Assembly (NCBI RefSeq): GCF_964355755.1
Contig: NC_092670.1
Span: forward strand, 39,296,388-39,360,387
Source of the DNA: Antedon mediterranea
Lineage: Eukaryota; Animalia; Echinodermata
Length of the DNA stretch: 64,000 nt
Reading direction: 5' to 3'
Shown here: in pieces, positions 54,734 to 64,000 of the stretch
Position numbering within the stretch: the first letter of the stretch is position 1
Layout of the letters: the number at the start of each line of letters is the position of its first letter
Translations under genes and position numbers: made by a program
Notes under the pieces: generated by a model
Databases searched by the model: none
The model's input: the letters and a program-made list of their open reading frames with translations, nothing else
What the model was told of the DNA's origin: nothing

Positions 54734-56276
54734 ATAAGTCAACAAAGAAATGAACGTAATTCTGTAAAAGAATTATAATTGTACTATTGTTTTTATTTTA
54801 GAATAAAGCATTACGGTTTTGAGCAATCTTTTATAATTTATTCATTCAAGTTAACATTTATTTCTTTCAAATCAAAATAAAAACATTTCTTTCAATTTAC
54901 AAATGATTAATGAAATTATAACAGACTGGAAAAGAAAGAAGTGGTAATAAATATCTTTTAAGTTTTGAAAGTGACAAAGTCCCAAAAGTAAATATATGTC
55001 CTAAAAGTATATTATGGTGTTTTAAATTTGAATTTGGGAGTATTACAAAATTCTGACACAAATATGTATTTTCATGTTTATCCTGGATAGATGGGTCACT
55101 GAAATCCGAAAATGACGAATGTTTGTTTGCTCGATGGCCAACAATTAGGGAATATGATGAGGATTATCATTAAACTTTGATTAATGAGAATCTAAAAATC
55201 TAAAATTATAACTATAATTGATGTCATTTTGTTACATTTTTGTTTTAGAATTTAGGTTATCAATTAGAAAATACTGCATGGTCATTTAGTTTTAGTTATC
55301 TGTATATTATATTTTACTTCTCTTTATAGAAATAGAGTACAGTACATATACAATTTTTAAATTGAGATTCACAGGTTGTACGGTTTTTTAGTATAATAAA
55401 GAAGATAAAAACAATATAATCGTCTTACAACTCTCGACGAAGACAATGGTCCACAACAGGACGGCAATAACGTCATGGAATCACCTGCCAAAATTGATAC
55501 AGTGTTCAGAAACCATCAATCAATTCAAAAGAAATATCAGGAAACATCTCAAAGAGGTTATGCTTGAAAGATTATAATTTATATTTATATTGTCACTTCA
55601 TGTGTTATTGTTTATTGTAAATGTTTATTCTTATGGTGTTTTTATCCTTAAGGGCCACAATGGAAATAAGTTTGACCTTTGGTTACTTTTTTGTGTTACC
55701 CTGAATTCATTCTTTGTATTTTTTTTTATGTTGTGTTATTTTATGAATTCGAATAAAGAAATGAAAAAAATGAAAAAAACAGGGGGTTATAACAACAGCA
55801 ATCACAAGGAGCATGAACTCAATATGCAGGAAATGAATAAAGAACATGACAATCACACTCAAGTTATCACCTGGAACAATATCATATTGATTTTGTTTGT
55901 TTGTTTAGTTTACATCATTATTTTGAACTCGGTTTTTTTTAATCAAATTCATAATTATTCATCAAGTACTTGCATACAATAAGCTAATCCCTATTACTGT
56001 AGGTAAATCATTATTCCGATTGTCATTGTCACTTGAGAGAGAAATATCGTATATTATGGACAAAAATCATCGTCCATGCATATCATATGTTATTTTTAAG
56101 AAATTTAAATATATACAATAAAAAACGAAATTACAATGCTTAGATTAAAAGTACATGAAGCGTAGGGCCTATTATTTCTAAACGCCAGTGGAATGGTTGA
56201 CGGTATATTGTAAGCTGATATTTGTAGCGTCTTTTTTCTTCAATTAGTTTGCTATCAAACAAAAAGAAAAGTAAAG

Positions 56277-56480
56277 ATGCCGACTTTGTTACATTACATT
56301 ATGCTAAGCCTAACTGTGTGTGATGTGTAGCCTATGCAGGTAAGATTCTTCATATTCGTTGAACAATTTTTCTTTACCAGTATCTACGGTTTCTATGACA
56401 ACAACATAAACACAGCCTTTTTGTTCAATACAACCTATAATTCAAATCAAGCGACGATCACGTGGACGCTGTAACTAAAA
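56277..56480 (+). pseudogene. Pseudogenised receptor 5' end (signal exon and HYR remnant)
   Basis: MPTLLHYIMLSLTVCDV* with GTAAGA donor; stop produced by a GCCTA insertion. Remnant AATTCAAATCAAGCGACGATCACGTGGACG of HYR exon 2. Confidence 0.7.
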
Positions 56481-57733
56481 GTCTTGTTAAATATAGTGCA
56501 CGAAAGTTTACTTCATAGACTCGTTTCTAGATGACGTGAGATAGTCAGTCAAATTCTTTCTCATGGCAGACGCAGAATCTGGTGGTGATGCTCTGACAAA
56601 AGTTGACTGTCAATATTTGATGGCCATCGTCTTCCTAGAGAACGCCATTCCTATAACAGAATCGCTTCGGGAATATCTTAAGTTCAATATTTTATCAAAG
56701 GATTAGTTCTGCACGAATAAATATAGTTTGCATGGATCTCACGAGGAATCTGTATACAAATCTAAACGTCAGTAGAGGAGAATTCAATTTGCGACAAGAA
56801 ATACTATAGGAAAATGTTGATGCATTGCGTCATTTACCACAAAGCCATCTTCGTCGTCCAATTAGAATTTGTTTAGCTACCGTACACCAAATAAGGTTGA
56901 AAATTAAGGTTTTTGATACATTTCATTTATTGAAATGTTTGTGAATGATACACAGAATTCTATTCAGATGAGCCTAAGAATAGAAAAAATGGAGTCCGCC
57001 CTTTCCCTTTTATTGATTTTTATCGTTTACGTGGAGAGAGGGAAACTACTATCGTACATTATAGGCCAAAATTATGAACAAAGTGATCGCTCATGCATAG
57101 CGACTTTTAAGAAATTTGAATTGTGTACAATAATGCAATTTGACGTAAATAAAAGTGATTCCAAAAAATCCTTGTAGTTTGTCATTGCATGAGCCAAGAA
57201 CCACGTCAATCCCATCTCAATGTATCACTTTAAATGGTTACATCTTAAAATGTTCGTGCTATGTTACATGTTACATTCATTTAATACAATTAATTAGCTA
57301 CTCAAGTTCACACAATGGTAATCATAGTTACTTGCATATACTTATCACACAATACCATCAATATTGAGACTTTGAAGCTGCGTGTGTGTCACCTATATTG
57401 TTTAATAATTATTGTGAGTTAATTATCATTGCACCGTTGATCATTGCCATGATGATCATCATCGTCATACAGAAGGGGAAATATGAAAAAAAATTAAATA
57501 GTCTATTGTACAAAGTAATCACTCATGCATTGTTTAACTAACTTGACTTTGAACAATAAGATTTAATTCAACGTAAATCAAAACAAAATTACAATACTGC
57601 GATCAATAGGACATTTAATAATGTTTTATATTATAGCCTGTTCGTAACGACAATATATACAGTTACTGTCTAAATTACACTGACATTGGTGTACTACTAG
57701 AAGACGAACGACTATATCAGACAACTATAAATC

Positions 57734-60700
57734 ATGGTGAATCTGTTACATTACGTTATTATTTCAAGTCTAGCTATTGGCAATGTGTATTCAGGTTGGT
57801 ATTCGTTATTCATTTACCCATAATTTCTTTACCCGTGTCTAAAGCGTGGTTCCCACTAGAACGCAACGCAGCGACGTATCGACGCAAAGTGCTGTATTGC
57901 GTAATCACAAGTGGGAACCAACGACGCAATAGTGCTGCTAACAACGTAGGTTTGATTTCACGCAGGCGGGGGAAAACATAGTTATTGAAAGGGCATTTGC
58001 TTATGTTGCGTAGATTGCGTTACGTTGCGTCGCTAGTGGGAACCAAGCTTTAAGTCCTGTTTCTGCTGCATAATAGTAACAGAATGCGGTCGGCCTAAAC
58101 ATTAACTTAAATTAATTAAATAACGGTTATTCGGAGTTATGCAGCTTATAATTAAAGTTCATATTTTTTCCATAATAAACAACATTTTTTTAATTCAGAT
58201 CCTCCTGTGTGGTCAAACTGCCCAACGGATATCACACGCAATGCAGATACTGACTCCAATAATGCGACGGTGACGTGGACGGCACCAACTGTAACTGATG
58301 ATACTACACCGTTTCCAGGACTTATTATTCAAGAAATATATAATCCAACGTTGGAGACGCCAAATGTATTTTTAATAGGAACTACAGAGGTTCGTTATGT
58401 TGCTATTGATACAGATACAGAGGTTGGATCGTGTATTTTTATGGTCACTATTGTGGGTAAGTTTTTAAATGTGTCAAAATCATGCTGCATAGTCGCATGC
58501 ATGTTATAAGTTCCGATTAGGAGGCCATCAATTTTGATCCCAATAATTGTGCTAGAAATACCAGCAACACAGGTGACGTTAACGACGCCGCAGAGTTTCA
58601 GATGTGATCGTTACTAAAAAATGCATTACTTAAAATTGCGATTCATAAATGGAAACAATATTTCGCACAAAGGCCAATTCAAATTCTTTGTATACTCTGG
58701 TGTTCCATTGAAAATGAAGAAAAAATATGATTTATTTATATAGATATCCAGTTGCCGGATATCGAAGATTGTCCATCTGATATCGTAAATACAACAACCA
58801 CTGGAACGCCGTCTCGTGCTGTTGAATGGGACAGTCCTACCAGGGAGTTGTTATTAACAACTCCCTGGTCCTACAGCGACTGACAACGATGGATTAACAC
58901 CTTCAGAAACAACAACTCATACATCCGGTTGGTTGTTTAACATCGGAACCGTCGGTGTAACAATTACGTTTACGGATGATTCGGGAAACGAGGCACTTTG
59001 TGAATTTAACGTTACCATAAACGGTAAGATAGTTTTGGTTGAATCTGTTACTCTTATTTTTTATAATCTCCCTATTTTACTTGGCATTATGATCACATAA
59101 TATTGTGAGCATGCGTGAAAAATCATACTTTTTTTTCAAAAAGGGTTTGTACTGAGTTTACACATTTAAGTACTACTTTGATACTATTGTGGTTTTATAG
59201 GCCTAAACCTCTGATCTAAATTCATCTCATTTGTATTCACCAATAAGTTCCATTTATTTTGCTTGACGAACAAAAGTGTTTAATTAAAGCTGCATTTGTG
59301 TTTACTGACATTGTTGTATCGATACTATTCCTTTCAGATGAAGAAACTCCAATGACGTCAAACTGTCCAACAGTTGATCTTCAAATCATACCAGGTTCTG
59401 AATCAGATAAAGTCGTGAGTTGGGACGAACCAACCTTTACAGACAACTCAGGTGATGCGCCTTCTGTAGCCTCAACACATTCTCCAGATGACACGTTTGG
59501 GATTGGTGAAACAACTGTAACGTACACAGCTACCGATGGATCTGGAAATGAGGGTTACTGCTATATCAACGTGACAGTAGTCCAAGGTAAGCGTGATTCC
59601 AATGTTTACGCCATGTACGCAGACTTGTGAGTGTGCAAGTTGTATTGAATTTGCATTGATAAATGTACTTTTATATAAATTGAGAACAATAGAACCATTT
59701 GTTACAATACTACACAATCAATTAAATTATCCAGTTAAATGTTGTTAAATTGTTCAGCAATTTATTGTATAATTCTTTATTCAGCAACATATTTCAAGTT
59801 CTGGGATGTTTACAATACGGTTCAAGAAAAGATACATTTTGCAAACAAATATAAAGATTACCACCATTGTGTGAAAATAGAAATTTAAAAACGTTTTTTA
59901 TTGTATTGTCCCCACCCCCAATCAGTGCATTGCAATAATATACTGTATTTCTTTCACTTTAGTATAATATTGAAACAGGCTATTGTGGGCCTTAAACATA
60001 AATTGTGTCCAAGTTCTAACAATTCTTTTAATAATTATACAGCCCATACAGTATTTGTTTTAACCTTTATAAATTCAGATTATCAAGGTAAACTTTTAAT
60101 TATTTATTTTACTTTTAAACAAAAATCCCTTTTTTTAACATATAGATACGGTACCACCTGTGTTTACATCTTGTCCAGACGACATAGAAGTGGACACGCT
60201 TGAAGGTCAAAATTATACCACAGTCAACTTTACTGAACCAGTTGCTACGGACAACATTGAAATACTTTCACTAGAGCAGGCTTTCACGACTTACGATCCA
60301 AGTGGTGATACTTACTATATTGGTGCAACTATTATACGTTACATTGCGTTAGATACAATAGATCAAGGAACCAATTGCATATTTACTATTACTGTTCAAG
60401 GTAAAGTAGAACAGCATAATTTAGATGTTCTAGTGTCACCGAGGTCCGTCTTTCCTTGTTAGAATTCTAATGATTCTAAAATTGAGTCTTTCTCAGTATA
60501 GAAATGATTGTTCTATAATTAGTAACAATCCCGTATTGCAGCTACTGAGGTTTGTTATTCTTCTACTGATGAATATAGTACAGTGTTGCCTCGTGTATTT
60601 ATAGGTTCATTATAATTGGTTGGCATTGTATTTAAATACAGACACAATTAGGTTGACGTAGAATATGTCAGTGATCAATGCAACTACTGCATAACTAAAG

Positions 60701-63700
60701 CAACCGAAAGCGCATTCTATTCAAAATCAAACTGGTTGTTCCGAAAATGTCTGATTTATACATCATCAGTACAAATACAACAATAAAAGACAGTGGTAAC
60801 TCGATAAAACATTGTTACCATGATATATCCTCTTAGACTACACTAATGTCCTCATGGAATTTTGAAGTCTTATTTAGCACCATTATTAGTAAACACTATT
60901 AGGACTACCATACGAGGTTTGCACAGATGTTATAGGATTTTCAAAACTTTATGAAAACACGTACTGTAACTAGAATGTGATTGACAGTAATGATCTATTG
61001 AATTAGGTACGCATGCTCAGAATGTAACTGGTTGTCCGGAAGATTTCACATTACCAACTGACTATGGAAACCCAAATCGAGTAGCTTTCTGGATTGAACC
61101 AACAGCAACGGATAGTTCAGGAGTTGTGTCGACATCATCTTCACACACACCCGGATCAATATTTCATCTGGGTGACACCACAGTTACATATCATTTTACT
61201 GATACTTTAGGAAACGTAGCGTCATGTGAATTTATAGTAACCATTATTGGTGAGCATTTATTATAGGCCTAAAGTGAACGCACTAAAGTGAACTAAACGT
61301 GTAATATTGTAATATGTGGCTAAAGCTTGGTTCCCACTTGGACGAAATTTATTTGACAGAATTACGATCAACTGTCGCAATTATGATTGGTAAATTCACT
61401 TGCGTTGCACTTCGTTAAAGCATGATTCCCACTCCAGCGACGAAACGCAGCGCAACCGACGTAACGTAAGAAAATGCCCTTCCAGTAATTGCGTTTGCCC
61501 CGCCTGTGTGAAATCAAACCTGTTTGTTGCGCGTCAACGTTAGCATGCCGTAGACTTTGACCTGGTTCACCGCGTACTTTTGAGTACGCGCTTTACTATG
61601 TTTTTCGGTGTTCTTTTGCCTTGCGTGAAATCAAAACTTTAAAAGCGATGTTTGCAGCACTGTTGCGTCGTCGATTCCCACTTTGCGTCGCTGCGTGGCG
61701 TTCTAGTGGGACCCATGCTTAAGTTGCGTCCAAGTGATAGTAGAACTCATGTCATCGCAATATGAGACTGTTTTTTTTCTAGTATGATGTCAGTATATAA
61801 TATTTCAAATGTAAATACACCAATTTAGTTTACTTTTATTTATTATATAGTTTTTGAACCTCAAAACCTTTCAATTTAGTACATAGGCTACCTACAGTAC
61901 AAATGATTTGTTTATATATTGACTAAGAATTTACACATCTTTTGTTAAAGTCATCGGTTAAAAGTCATCGTTAGTTTGTTTGTTTGACATTCAGATCAAG
62001 AAAATCCTAATATTATATGTCCTGATAATATAACAGCAGAAACAGCACCTGGGTTAGGGTCAGGTTCTCCAGATTGGATAGTACCTGTACCCACTGACAA
62101 TGTAGAACTTATGCCTACAAGTCCAGTAGCAAGTCCTGATGTCACTCCTCCTATAAGTATTGCTATTACAGGTAGTGTGCCATATGAGCAAACCTACACA
62201 GCTGAAGATACTGCAGGGAACACAGCTTTTTGTACATTCTATATCATAATTGAAGGTAAATGTTGTTACTACTAGGTATTAACAAAGTGGCAAAACACAA
62301 CAACAATAATATTACCCAAAAAAAAGATGTAAATTGTAAAAGGAAAAAATTTCAGGAGCTGGGGTGAATCCTGATTTTGGTTTTATAATAAAGGGAGATT
62401 TTGTTTCCAACTTTACATTAGGTGATAGGGAAAAAAAATGGCTAGGTAGACTGCATAGCACATGGAATAGCAGTGGTAAATATGGATGTGGCACAACAGA
62501 TCTCTTTCCATCTTGCCAAATTGTACATGTTTCATAAATATAAATATGCACAGTATATTAAAATAAAATAAATGATAATAAAATGCACATGTTATTAAAT
62601 ACATTCAGTGCAATAATTTAGTACTGAACAATTTTATGTATATTTAATAGATTTATTATATATCGCCACTAACAGTGTAAAATTAATTTTACAGACAAGG
62701 AACCTCCTGTTATCAATGACTGTCCTCCTGATCAGAATCTGGCAACGTCTTCTGGTGTGAACTACACTGCTGCCACCTGGACAGAACCCATAGCAATTGA
62801 TAATGCTGGAACACCAACCCTTGTCTCAACACACAGTAGTGGTAGTGATTTTTACATTGGTAAAACTTTTGTGACATACACAGCTGAAGACAATTATGAA
62901 AATACTGCAACTTGTAATTTTACAGTAAACGTAGCAGGTTAGCTCGTACAAGATTGATTTTCTATTTCAGTACAAATACAACAAACAAAAAAACAGTGGT
63001 AATTCGATGAAACATTTTTACCATGATAGGCTAATGCTCTTAGAATACATTAATGTTCTCATGGAATTTTGAAGTCTGATTTAGCAACTAGTTTACACAA
63101 TCATTAGTAACTTACAAATGATTGTGTAAATAACACTATTAGGACTACCATACTAGGTTTGTACAGATGTGATAGGATTTTCAAAACTTTATGAAAACAC
63201 TGTAACTAGAATGTTATTGACAGTAATGATCTTTTTAATTAGGTACGCATGCTCAGAATGTAACTGGTTGTCCGGAAGATTTCACATTACCAACTAACTA
63301 TGGAAACCCGAATCGAGTAACTTACTGGATTGAACCAACAGCAACGGATATTTCAGGAGTTGTTTCGACCTCATCGTACTCACACACACCCGGATCAACA
63401 TTTGATCTGGGTAACACTATTGTTACGTATAATTTTACCGATACTTTAGGAAACGTAGCGTCATGTGAATTTATAGTAACCATTATTGGTGAGTATATAG
63501 GCCTCGTGTGAACGCACTAAAGTGAACTAAACGTGTAATATTGTAATATGTGGCTAAAGCTTGGTTCCCACTTGGACGCAATTTATTTGACAGAATTACG
63601 ATCAACTGTCGCAATTGTGATTGGTAAAGCGTGGTTCCCACTAGAACGAAACGCAGCGACATATCGACGCAATAGTGCTGTAAACATCGTAGGTTTGATT

Positions 63701-64000
63701 TCACGCAGGCGGGGGAAAACACAATGAGTACAAATGATTTAAATATTGACTAAGAATTTATACATCTTTTGTTAAAGCCATCGGCGGTTAGTTAGAAGTC
63801 ATCGTTAGTTTGTTTGTTTCTCATTCAGATCAAGAAAATCCTAATATTACATGTCCTGGTAATATAACAACAGAAACACTTCTAGGGACTTCATCGGGCT
63901 TTCCAGATTGGACAGTACCTGTACCTACTGACAATGTAGAACTTATGCCTACAAGTCCAGTAGCAAGTCCTGACGTCACTCCTCCTGTAAATATACCCAT
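57734..64000 (+). CDS. HYR-repeat gene D (hyalin-like; signal peptide plus at least 9 HYR exons, one disrupted), 3' partial
   Basis: Exons 57734-57794, 58199-58456, 58744-59023 (frameshifted by a 34-nt insertion), 59338-59586, 60146-60400, 61007-61249, 61995-62255, 62695-62937, 63243-63488, 63829->64000. All HYR exons are phase 1-1 with the PPxxxxCP..W..P.A.D..G.T.V.Y...D..GN...C.F.V pattern. Confidence 0.75.
57843..58049. mobile_element. PIF/Harbinger-like MITE, subfamily 2, in intron 1 of gene D
   Basis: TIR AGC(G/T)TGGTTCCCACTAG. The paralogous intron of gene B shows the empty site GTGTCTAAGGTCCTG at ~37198-37212. Confidence 0.85.
58841..58867. mobile_element. 27-bp TIR-only insertion with 7-bp TSD
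   Basis: CAGGGAGTTGTTA-T-TAACAACTCCCTG flanked by GTCCTAC on both sides. Removing 34 nt restores an 82-codon HYR exon. Confidence 0.85.
60542..60651 (+). pseudogene. Decayed TM exon inside gene D
   Basis: VFIGSL*LVGIVFKYRHN* resembles the TM exons of receptors A-C (..AGIAFKCKK), with AG/GT boundaries. Confidence 0.5.
61324..61736. mobile_element. Nested MITEs (inner element 61419-61719, TAA TSD)
   Basis: Outer element AGCTTGGTTCCCACTTGGACG..GCGTCCAAGTG is interrupted by AGCATGATTCCCACT..AGTGGGACCCATGCT. Confidence 0.75.
63558..63724. mobile_element. Nested, truncated MITEs in the duplicate block (inner starts at 63628)
   Basis: Same outer 5' end as 61324, with a subfamily-2 copy inserted at a different TAA; the 3' part is deleted. 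Confidence 0.7.

Larger units (their letters stand above)
60767..64000. repeat. Intragenic ~2.2-kb tandem duplication of an HYR exon block
   Basis: TCAGTACAAATACAAC at 60767 and 62967; exon pairs 61007/63243 and 61995/63829 are near-identical. Confidence 0.9.

Noticed and set aside
55590-55982. 130-aa hydrophobic ORF
   Set aside because: Low-complexity AT-rich sequence spanning a repeat tail and a decayed duplicate block; no ATG start or domain.

Overview
AT-rich eukaryotic (metazoan) genomic DNA with spliceosomal introns. The HYR-rich genes and repeat content suggest a marine invertebrate, probably an echinoderm (inference). Left half (1-27 kb): three paralogous two-exon Golgi-type sulfotransferase genes separated by repeat-rich DNA (MITEs, Helentron-like elements, minisatellites, Penelope-like remnants with hammerhead-ribozyme motifs). 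Right half (27.7-64 kb): a segmentally duplicated tandem cluster of single-pass receptor genes built from phase-1 exons (signal peptide, HYR, LDLa, YWTD propeller, EGF, TM). Their cytoplasmic tails carry ITSM-like TxYxxV motifs whose number differs between paralogs, and orphan tail exons and pseudogene copies lie among them. A young Ty1/copia LTR retrotransposon sits in one intron. Paralog comparison also shows recurrent TA-GGCC-TA / TA-GCC-TA micro-insertions that look like transposon excision footprints. Gene models were built by hand from splice signals and reading phase, not from transcript data.
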